The notes beneath the pieces were generated by a model. It was not told the origin of the DNA and did not search any database. It worked only from the letters and a program-made list of their open reading frames with translations. From Octopus sinensis (taxonomy: Eukaryota), in contig NC_042997.1 of assembly GCF_006345805.1 (NCBI RefSeq), positions 155,682,001 to 155,746,000 on the forward strand: a DNA stretch of 64,000 bases, read 5' to 3'. A program made the translations under genes and the position numbers. Below, piece after piece: positions 46,601 to 59,100 of the stretch; the first letter of the stretch is position 1; every line of letters begins with the position of its first letter.

Positions 46601-49600
46601 TGGCTGTACATTGGATTCTTCCAGTAAAAGTTCACATACTAGTTCACATAGTTTCTATAATGAAAGAGAAAAAAATCAATAGATGATTTAAAGTTCTGTC
46701 TTACTTATAATTAAAATAAATACTACTCCAAATTATTAATGTTTCAGTTTTTTTTTATCAATCAGGAAAGAAAAATATATTTAGTTAAATATTAAGCTGG
46801 AAGTTAGAGAAATTTAACAGGGAAAATGTTTTTAAGGTCAAACAAATTTAAAACATACAATCAGAATTTCTTTTTTACAGAATGAAATATTGTTTAGCCC
46901 CATTGTGGCTCTGGTCCAGCAGATTTATGACCCAAAGCCTTTCAGCCATGACCATCCCATCCATTCCTCAGTCATGAATCTAGTGTTACTTTCTAAAGAT
47001 GGAGTAGGGGGAGTTGAAGGAGATTTGGCTATTTTTAACAGGTTGAGAGACCACATGAATGCACAAGAGGTGTAGAAAGATTGTAGAAATGTAGACAAGA
47101 AATAAACATTTTGAGTATCTTATTCCCTAGCTGAAGTTGTCTCTATGTTTAGCAGCAAAGCACTGAAGATGCAACTCCAGTGCTTTTCTGAAAACAATAG
47201 ATAGGGTCTTTCATTAAAAGAACAAAATGATTAAAGTGATTCATGACAGTGACAAGTCAAAATTGTGATAAAGTATGGAAAAAAAAAGACTTGTGGCAGT
47301 AACTTAATCACATACAACATCTTTCATTAATATGAGCCAATGAGAGAACCTCTATGTGGTATCAAAAAGTTCCCGGACTAGTTAATGTCCTGCCTCAAAC
47401 GCTTCAAAACATCGTTGATTGTCCTCCAACAATCCTCATGCACAAGCTGATGAATTTAGGGGGTGATGCTCATGGCAGGTCTTCTAGGGACGTTCTTCGA
47501 CTTTTGAGGTGCCCATGCCACTGGAAACATTGCATATGTCCTATTGCCTTGTCGCCGTAAGCTTGCCGAAGCATGCTCAATGTCTCTGTAGCAGACTTCC
47601 CAAGTTTAACACAAAATTTTATGTTGGCTCTTTGTCCCGTCTTCCTGTCCATGAAAAAATCGCAGACTACGGTATACACATGATTACAAAATTTCCCAAA
47701 TTTCAAAACTTGCAAAGTAAACACAGTCACTACTAGCTCTCACTGTGCATACAACTGTGTGCTGCCATCTGTTGGCGTGCTACGGAACTAGTCCAGGAAG
47801 GTTTCGATACCACCTTGTATATTGCTATTAATATGAAAGAAAAAAAAACCAAATCTCCTTCAAATCACAATCTACTGCTTAAAAGACAAAAATAGGAAGG
47901 CCACTTCAGATTTGATAGTGCAATCCTAGATACAGTATTCCTGAAAAAACAAAGATTGGACAGTAATTGCTGAGATACCTTTATTTATAGGCATGCTTAA
48001 TCAGAATTCAGAAAGAGCTAAACATCATAATCACTAATATAATAGAAAATAACCATAGATAATCATCTATCCAACATCAAGCTTCTCCTTCTCCTCTCTG
48101 TAATTGTAAGTATAGGTTCAACAAAGTCAGATCCACTGAAAATCTATCCTGTGTTACAGATCAGGGATACTGCTGTTGCAAACTTGGGAAAAAAACGAAA
48201 ATATTGCTATTCAAATCACCAAAATTTTTTAGTATACTAGACATGAGAATCCCAAACCAGGTTACCAATGAATGAGTGTTGTCTATCATGAGTAAAGAAG
48301 ACCAACAGTTTCTAGCCAAGATGAGTAGCTTGTATGGAAAGGATTCCTTCCAAGCTACAATTGATTTGACATTTGACAAACAGTGACTGTAAAGTATTGA
48401 TAGTTTGAATTAGTTCAATACCATTGTAACTCAGATGCTGCCTATTTTGTGGAAATCTCACTACTGACTCTGTATCCTCTTTATTCACAAATGATACATG
48501 GTTCAAACCATCTCACTTCTTACATTTTCTAGATTTGACAATTACAAACAATTTCTTCTGAAATCTTCACATACTTCAAGACAAAAAGCCAATCACTTAA
48601 CCATGAACAGCTCCTAACCTTTACAAAAACCAGATATCTCTGTACTATAAAAGTTATCACATATCATACATTTAAGATAATACACTCACAATATATATAG
48701 TGTCCTCCCTTACACACACACAAATAAATAAAAAAAACCTCATCTAACTGATAGACAAAGCTTCATTTATATACAACCATTAGCTCACAACTTAAATCTT
48801 TCATATTTAATATTGCTTTTTATTCAGTTTTCCAGGTTTTGCATATTTTTATTGCTTTTTTTATACCTATTTTAAATAATCTCTGAAAATTTACATAACT
48901 TAGCTATTGGTGTGCAGCTTGTAATACAATGATTTATTCTGAGAAGAATTAACTGGTTACTAATCCCTTTTCAATTCATCAAATCAACCAGCCTCATTAA
49001 AATCCAATAGGTCACTTACGTTTCCACTTCTATGCCGAAAGCTATTATATAAAATGAAAACTATCAAATTTCTTTCTGAAGACATTAATAATTTTATCTG
49101 AATCTATTAAGATCTTTAGACACTAGTCATTAAGTCTATGAGCTTAAACTATTTTGCATTATTTACAACAATTTAGATACCTGAAAATATGAGCAAAATG
49201 ACGAGCTAAATATAGAGTTTATATGAATCATGGAGAAAATACTAAAAGCTCATGTAATTAGTTCATGGAATTATTGTATTAATGAAAAATAAAAAGGACA
49301 CAAGAATGACTGAACTGAGAACTAGTTCTTCAGTTTAAAAATAGACATTTGTTTACTAAACAGTAAACCAGTCACGACAGCAAATATATATTTTATACTC
49401 TCTGTATAAGAAAAGGAAAAACAGAAAAAAAAAAAATGGATGTACATTTTACAAAATTTTTGCAACAAAATGAAAAGAATTATATACCAGACTTGAGAAT
49501 CCCAAACCAGGTTACCAGTGAATGAATGTTATCTGTAGACCAATCATTTCTGACCCAGTTGTATATCTCCTGTGGACAGGGCTCCCTCCAAATTACAAGC

Positions 49601-52600
49601 AATCTGATTTTTCTAAGATTTTACACATGAAACAAATAACATCAATGCAGAAACTAGGAATAGATGAGTGGTTGGTGAAAGCTGTACAAGCCATGTGCAG
49701 AGATGCTGTCAGTAAGGTGAGGATTGGCAACGAGTATAGAGAAGAATTCCAGGTAGAAATAGGAGTTCACCAAGGATCAGTCCTCAGCCCCCTCTTGTTC
49801 ATCATAGTCCTCGAGACAATAACAGAAGGATTCAAGACAGGCTGCCCTCGGGAGCTCCTCTATGCTGATGACCTTGCCCTAATAGCTGAGTCACAACCAG
49901 AACTAGAGAAAATGTTTCAGGTGTGTTCTGAGAGCATAGCTGCTAGAATAAGAATAACCTGGGCAAAGTTCAGAGAGACCCTACCTCTGCTAGTAACAAA
50001 GGGCCTCTCACTCAGAGTGCAAGGTAGACTGTATGATGCATGTGTGCGAACAGCCATGCCACACGGCAGTAAAACATGGGCTGTGATTGCTGAGGCTTGA
50101 AAGAAATGAAGCTAGTATGTTCCTCTGGATATGTAATGTCAGTGTGCATACACAACAGAGTATAAGCGCCCTGCGAGAAAAGTTAGACATAAGAAGCATC
50201 AGATGAGGTGTGCAAGAGAGACGACTACACTGGTATGGTCATGTGTTTCATAAGGATGAGGATAGTTGCATGAAGAAGTGTCACATCCTAACAGTGGAGG
50301 GACTCTGTGGAAGAGGTAGACCCAGGAAAACATGGAATAAGGTAGTGAAGCATGACCTACAAATGTTGGGACTCACAGAGGCAATGACAAGAGACGGAGA
50401 TCTTTGGAGATATGCTGTGATTGAGAAGACCCGGCAAACCAAGTGAGATCATAGCAGTGGCCGATACCAGTGTCGCATAACTGGTCCATTTAAAAGTACC
50501 TTTCAATATGCTGTGCTTGAGAAGACCTGTTGAGTCAAATGAAATCGTAATTGTGGCCAATGCCAGTGCTACTTGACTAGCACCCATGCCGGTGGCACGT
50601 AAAAAGCACACTCTCTCTCTTGAATATGGTCGATGCCAGTGCCAGCTGACTGGCTCCTGTGCTGGTGGCACATAAAAAGCACCATCCGAGCATGGTTGAT
50701 GCCGGTGCCACCTGACTGGGCCCCATGCTTGTGGCATGTAAAAAGCACCCACTACACTCTTGGAATGTCTGGCGTTAGGAAGGGCATCCAGCTGTAGAAA
50801 CTTTGCCAGATCAGATTAAAGCCTGGTGCAGCCTCCTGGCTTGCCAGTCCTCAGCCAAACCATCCAACCCATGCCAGCATGGAAAGCAGACGTTAAACGC
50901 TGATGATGATGATTATAATGATGGTGTGTGTGTGTTAATGTCCTCCTAACTTAGTGGTTTGGCAAAAGAGAACAGCAGAATAAGTACCAGTACTGCAGTC
51001 AATTCATTTGACTAAAAATTCTTCAAGACTGCAGTGTAATAACTGAAACAAGTAAAAGATAAAAGATGTATATGCATGTGTATGCACATAAGTGAATGCA
51101 TGGTTGTATGGTTAAGAAGTTCATGTGGTTTCAAGTTCTACCCATATCCTGGCATCTTTTGCAAGTGTCTACTATAGCTTAGGGTCACCCAATGCCATAT
51201 GAGTGAAAATTTGGTAGATACATATTCTTGTTCGCTGTTGTATTGTCTATCTGTCCAGATGTTTTATTGTCCTCTATTGCATTTTTATTCCATTTTATAT
51301 ATTATATATATATATATACACACACGTATGGATATACACACAGGGAGATAGTAGAAATTTTCTGTTCGGTTACCTAGGTAATCTAATTAGCAGTAAAGGA
51401 GGATGTTCTAAAAGTATAGTAGCTAGAAAAGACAAGTTGGAGAAAATTCAGAGAAGTAGTATTGCTGTTGATGAAAAACATTCCTCTCTCAGAGTGAAAG
51501 GCAGATGTATGATGCTCATGTATGTACTGCAATGCTACATGGTAGTGAGATGTGGGCCTTGAATGCGGAGGACTTGTGAAGACTAGAAAGAAATGAAGTA
51601 GCATGCTCTGCTAGATGTGCAACACCAGAATGCTTGAATGATGAAGTAGAAAGACATTGAGAGAAAAACTGAGCAAAAGAGGCATCATGTGGAATGTACA
51701 AGAGAGAAGGCTGCATTGCTTTGGACATGATGCATATAGATGAGGACTGCTGCATAAAGAATGCCAAGTGCTTAGTGTGAATGGGGCATGAGGAAGAGGG
51801 TTGCTCAGGAAAACATGGGACAAAGTAGTGAAGGCTGATCTCAGGATTTTGAGCCTCATGGAGATGACAAAGGACCAAGATGGTTGGTGATAAAACCTGC
51901 CCATCATAGTGAAACTGAGATCCTGGAAGCATGATGTGTTTACACACAACTGGATCCTCTTAACCAATTTGTTCCAGTCAAACCTTCTCCCAGACACCCA
52001 TTCATCTTATTACTGATCCCTTTACCATTCTCCAAACTACTGTAGCATTCTGCTGCTGTATTTGACCTTTTTGCTCCCCAGTACCACCTCCTTTGACATC
52101 CATCTTTCATTCTTAAAAACTACCCCTCCCAACTCACATTTTGCATTGATCACCCTTTTTATACTACCAGTTATTGTTCCGTCCCCTGAACCAATTCCTG
52201 TTAGCTTACCTCTGCATACCTCTGACCTCTTCCAGTCTCACTCCCTACACACACACACACTTGCAACCTACCCACTCACCATCCACCCCATCATCTCCCT
52301 CTCTCTCTCATCCTTCCCCTATTTGCTGCTCTTCACCCTTTCTGTATTGCTAGTCATTACCTCCTTTTCAACTTTCCCTTTAACCCATATTATCAACAAC
52401 CCCTTTACCCTTTTTTCATAATTCACCCCTCCCACCCTATTCCCCTATCTCTAATTATCCGTTACACTCTCCCCCACCCTTTCTACTCACTTTCCTGTAC
52501 CTTGAAGACACACTCTAACATCTTGTCACTATTATCAATCTCTTTTCCAGCTCCACTGATTACTCTCACCCATTCTTAGATAGCAAGAAGCTTGTTCCTG

Positions 52601-53023
52601 TTCTTTCTTTAATATTTTAACCATTCAACACTTAGTATAAAGCTATCTCCCTCTCTGTCATACTTACTGAAGAGGACTCTTTAGTGATGCAAATTACATG
52701 GCAATCTTAGAATGGTGCCATGAATAAAAAGCATCCAGTATACACAGTAAAATGACCAATGTTAAGAAAGACTTCCAGCCACAGAAACCAAATCAAAACA
52801 GACATCGAGGCACAATGCATCCCTCCAACTCAGATTTTATCAAGTCATCCAACCCATGCCAGCATAGAAAACAAACATTAAATGCATATATATCGACACA
52901 CACACTTGAAAAACAGCAGGCAGGTAAGAGGATCTGGTTGTAAAATAAGCCTTCTATAGTTATTTCTTCGACTCATGCTAGAACAAATATATTCATATGC
53001 ACACACATGCATCTGTACTAGCC

Positions 53024-53102
<79 letters not shown>

Positions 53103-56100
53103 TGAAGAAAAGCTTGAACAAGGAACTGGTGTTAAGGCTGAAATGAGTGGCATATAAATAAAGATATATATTCGAAGGACTGGTAATGAAGCTAATCTCC
53201 ATTAATGTAAAAGATTCATGGTGCATTAAGATGTCAAGAATAAATATTTATTAATTAATTTCAGAATGAAACAAGATTGCAATTAACTAATTGCAATTTG
53301 TTTCATTCTGATGAACCTGTTAAACAAAGAACACAATAGATTGTATTTTATCATGAATCATCGTTGGTATTTTAACATCCACTTTTCTCGTGCTAGCATA
53401 GGTCAGATGAAATAAGTTGGGGTAGATTTTCTACAGGTAGATGCTCTTTCTGACACTAATCCTCCCTCACTTGCTTTAAGAAAAAAAAAGTCCTAGTCTT
53501 CTGAACATGAACAGACAATGTTTTCATGGAAGACTGTAAACAAATATCCCTCATGTGAGTGTTGTATTTACAGTTAGCAAGGACACACACATACACATGT
53601 TTAATGATTATTTTAATTCAGAGATTAGGAAAACTAGACATGTAAAAAAGAGACTCAATACATTTTAATGTAGTTAGATATTCTATTATACAAGCAGGGT
53701 CAAGTATCCAATATTATTTGTATAATAAAATATACATGTACACATACACATTTAATAAGCTAAAAAAAAAACGCAGTAGTAACTGCACAGATACAATAAG
53801 TACCAAGAGCACATGCAAAATAGATTCTGTCCACTGTATAGTTGCTTTCTAATAGTTTTGAGAATGTCTTTTATCTGGGGGGTCCTAATTAGCAGTTGCC
53901 GTAGTAGTTCAGAAAGCACATTTATAGAACTCATTGGAAAAAGTTCAAGAAGTTATTACTACTGCTGGCAACAAAGGGCTTTCCTTCAGAGTGAAAGGGC
54001 AGATTGTGTGATGCTAGTGAATGGTGTGTGATTCTGTATAGGTCTTGAATGCAGAAGACTAGAAAGAAAGCAAGTGACCAAGCTTCATTGGATGTGTAAT
54101 ATTAATATGCATGATAAAAAGTATCCAGTACTCTGTTAAATTTGAGGTTGAGAAGACTCATGTTTTATCAAAGATGTGACAACCTCCTAGTACACCCAGT
54201 TAAATGGTCAGTATCAGGAAGAGTATCCAGCCATAGAAACCAAGTCAAAAATTAAACTTGAATGCAATGTGATCCCCTAACACAGAGCTGACCAACCTGA
54301 GGCTCACAGACTTTTATATTGCAGCCCACTTGATACTTTCATGAAGTATTGTGTTTAATTTCAAAATGAAATTGTTTGTGTAAAACATCTGTTTCAAGAC
54401 AAATTTTAAATTTATAAGTGGCAACAAAGCAATAGCCTACAATTTTATAATTTTAAATGAACAAAAAGTATGGAGAATTCTTGATTCTGTAATTTGATTA
54501 TTTGACTATTAGTGCATCAAGTATACAGGCAGCTCTCAAAATACTTTCTCTGATTCAAGTGTCCTGCAATGTAATTCAAGTTGGCCAAGCCTGCTCTAAC
54601 ATATTCCGTAGAGCCCAAGCCAGCATGGAAAGTGAACATAGAATAATGATGATGATGATGATTGTTATATTAGAAAAGGCAAAGAGAAGACACGGGTAAA
54701 AAGAATGGGCAAATGATATGTGTTGCTGGTAAGTTTATTGAGTGTGCTATTATTTGTGTAAAAGAATGACTACATACAGATTAAGAAAGGTTTTAGGTGA
54801 TATAAGGAGATGAGCTAAATACAATGTTCTAGACATGAAATGCAAATAAATGCCTAAATTGAGGGCAGAAAGTGTTCAATGAAGAAATAGACCAGATTAG
54901 AAAATAGTGAACCTCACAAACAAGATGTGCTTGAGAGAGTTGCCATTCATTTCCTGATCAAAATTAAACAGATGGACCTTTTTTTTACCTTGGTAGCAGT
55001 TGTTGATGATAATGATGATGCTATAGCAGTCATTAAGAAGAATATTTTTAACACTGATTACCTGAGTTAATTTCTGACGAAGGGAGGCCCTGAGCAAGCA
55101 TTAAATATCACTAGCTCTTTATAACATGCTAATGAAACTCTTATTCTATGTTTCACTTCAAGGTGGAACACGATACTTGTCAAGTAAATTCCTTCTCTCA
55201 TATTCTTTCTAAGCCTGTCCTACCAATGTTACCTATAACATTACTCAGTGGCTTCCAGTAAGTTCTCTAACAAATGACCAGCTCTCCTCTCTCACTACAT
55301 ACATTTCCCATCACTATCTAACTACTCAAACATCCGTTTGCTGAGTGAAAGCTGACCTTCACAAAGACATTTTTCAAGCCTCAACACATTCCTTTCTTTT
55401 TTAATGGCTCTTCTATCTACATTCATAGTTCAAAGAGTGCCTCTATGCAAGCCAACAAAGGAAACTATAAGGTCACTCAACCTGCTAGAAATAATAGCCA
55501 ATTTCCTACATCTGCTAAATGTAAGGAGATTGATTAACTGTTCATTATCAATTTGTTTGCTTTTATTAGTCTAAATGAAGTTGATTGGTTTTTAGCTCCA
55601 ACTGGTTGGTTGTTAACCAATTGGCATGTTTGTTGTTGACCAGTTAGTTAGTTGGCTGTTAACCAGTTGGCTAGCTTTTCAAAGCATATATAATATATTG
55701 TATGTTTTAATTACACCACACAAATCTGTATTCCTTCATCATTTCAAATATCAAAGCTGTAGTTGCTATCTAGTATGTCCATCTTGATACTTCCCAAAAT
55801 GATGATTAATATCCCTTGCCACAATTATGATATCCTTGTTAGTTTTTTTTCTTTTTACAAGACCTTGTAGAACTGGTCTCTCTGCTCATTTGTTAATTCT
55901 ATTCATCGTCATCATCATCATTTAATGCCCACTTTCTATGCTGTCATGGATTGGATGGTTTGACAGGAGTTGGTTAGACAGAAGACTGCACTATGCTTCG
56001 CTGTCTGTTTTGACATGGTTATGGTTGGATGCCCTTTTTAACACCAACCACTCCGCAAAGTGGACTGAGTGCTTTTTATGAGGCACCAAGACAGGTGAGG

Positions 56101-59100
56101 TCAGTTTTGGCATGGTTTATTTTTACACCTGGATACCTTTCCATATGCCAACCACTTTACAGTGTGGACTGGATGCTTCTTATGTGGCACCAGCATTGGC
56201 AGGGTCACCAAGTAACTTGCAAAATAAAGGTCCTTTGAGAAGGGATGTGGCATTGGAGGAGGTGATTTTGTGTCAGATGATGAAAGGTGTCTTTCTGTAG
56301 AGGGGATACATGGTTACCTGGTCAGAGAGAGAAAATACAATAGCCATTGTTGTCAATCACTAGATTAAGCTAGTTCATTATTTTTATCACTCCCTCTGAC
56401 TAAATTCAATTCAGCAAGCCAAAGACAGAAAGCCTATATGGCCATGTGATCTTCTAGAAATAGCAAACAAATCTCTCTCTTCTTAAAAAAAAGAAAGGAT
56501 ACATTATAGTGAATGTAGTTCTTGATATACTATGCTTGGAAAAAGGACAGGACTGTCACAGCTGGAACATATCCGATCATAAGTCTGCTAGATCAAGGTT
56601 GATCCAAGATTCAACAACATCAGCAACATAAAGTTCACTATCTAATCCTTCATCTCCTAAAAGTATATCTTCCCATAAGACAACTCTGCCTAATTCTGAA
56701 TTTATACAAAGCTCACTGGAAACCAATTTTTAAAAAAATTGGGTGGGAGAATCTGCAAGGTGAACTAACACAGAATTCTCTGTAGAAGACAGTGTTAGGA
56801 AATTGAAACATGTTATATGCAAGCTACAAACATTAGCTATAATAGAGAGGAAGGCCAATTTCAAAGAAGTATGATTTCCAGAAATACAAACATTTATCCT
56901 GTGAGAATGAACAAATACTGCAAAATATTTAAATGGACAAATAACTGACAGGAGGAGGAAACTTTAGGGCACCACTCGGAGAAATTGAAAAAGCAGTAAA
57001 GGAAACTAAGCCTTTAAAAACAAAAGCTAATTCAAAAGTCTCCTACAGGTTTGTGGGGGGGAAAAAAAGTTACTGAACAGAACCATTATTTGAATGAAAT
57101 GCCCCTTTTATTACAGACCCTTAAAAGGTAGCTAAAATACTGAATAACTGTGTTCACAGGGCTTCACAACCCCACTAGAACAAATAGCTGAACCAGTGAA
57201 GTTCTTCAATACTGCAACTTCCCATAGAAAAATTACATAAGATGTGATAATATGTTTGAAGTTATGTGAACCCAGCGTAGTTACAAAACTAAGAGAATAG
57301 CTGTATAACTTTTTAAGAGACAGAATTATTACAGCAATTAATAAAATAATAATCAACAGTTCATAGAGGATTGTTTCAAGGAGCTACCCTGAGTACCTAG
57401 TGACTTGTACTAGCACGTTCAGACATGTTATGACAATGATTCCAAAATCTTATAGACAATTAAAGGAGCAAATGGTGCTTCTTAAAGGAAAAATGCAGAA
57501 CTTTGATACATGAAAATCACTGATGAAAATTTTACCAAGTATTCCACTCAACACAACATGAACACACCAAGCCAGAAGTAATTCAATCCCAGAGAAGTGG
57601 GAGTAAAAATGAGTTATGATGTAATAATTAGGAACAAATTATTAAAATGAGACCAACATGAAAACTGAAGTTTCAGAACATTTACAAGTCAAGATATATT
57701 ACAAATTTTTTTTCATATGAATTATATAAGGAAGATCAGCATTATTGGTCTTTATTGGGGTGGTTTCCATGACTGGTGTGAAGAAGGGAGAAGGTTATCC
57801 TCAGACAGAGGGACATCTAAAATGCTTGCAACAGAGTAGTGGTGTTAAACCAAGTGACAAATTAAGCCTTTCACTCAAGAACAAGAACAGCTCTTCAGAC
57901 AAACTTCCATTTTCTCTACCACATTCTATTCACAATGCTTTGGTTGACTCAATGCCACAGTAGAAGATATGTTCAAGGCAACACAATGTGAAATAGAACC
58001 CAAAATCATCTAACAGGAAAGCAAAACCACAAGGCTATGCCATTGGTTTTTAGTCCTCTAAATTATTGCTCTTAAGTATGAATCTTCTTGTAGAGTCAAG
58101 CTCAGTAATGTATTGGACACAGTCCAAAAGTCCTATATAAAGATTGTTTCTGTACAAGCTTATTTGCAGCAATTAAACTACTGAGAGTGATTGAAACTTC
58201 ATTACTTTACTTTTTGAAGTAGAAAAGTGGGGTAGACAGTAATTTATATCTAGAATATCTAAGGACTTACATTAAACTTTTATATTAAAAGTTGCACAAA
58301 ACTCTGAACTGGGGCACCATTGCATTATGTCGAAAGTGCTGCATTCCCACCTCAGGTTAGGACATGGTTACTTCAGGTTCAAAGGACTGCAGCTCCTCAA
58401 TAAGGAGATTTGCATGACATACATATTAATGCTAAGCACAGCACAAAAAAATTAGTGGAACAGGATTGATGGTAGTCTAGTGTGGCCACAGGCTAATTGC
58501 TGGAACCAGTAAACAAGAATTATCTAGAAGTTACCCCCCCCCCCAAGCACCTCACTGCCCCATACAAAACACAAACCAAACACATTATGTTCCATACACT
58601 CATACACATGTGCTATGAGCTGAACTACATGGCATTTTGTTAAATCTACCTAATGATGATTCCAGATAATAGATTTCAATTCAAAGTCCAATAGGAACTT
58701 TGGTGGCTCATTATCAGTATTATAATAAACATAAAAATCAGTATTAAAATTAAAACAAAACAATATTCCACTGGAATAAAATCCTAAGCCAAGAATCTGC
58801 ATTCTACTGGATCATGGAAATTGCAAACAGTATGAGCAGAGAATCACTTTAGTTGCATAGTCCTTGGCAACTGGACCACAAAACTCTTGTGCTGTCTCCC
58901 ATAGTCAAATGTTTGTTATAACCATAAGAGAACACCCATAACGAAAATGGGAGTAAATATTTTACTGATGGTATCAAATGTTTATGAATTAGAATACTTC
59001 AGAATATTACCTATTCTAATACTAATAAAGCACACATTAGATGAATTCGATACTTCACGTAATACAATGATTGCAACAGTGATAAGGATACGTTTGAATT

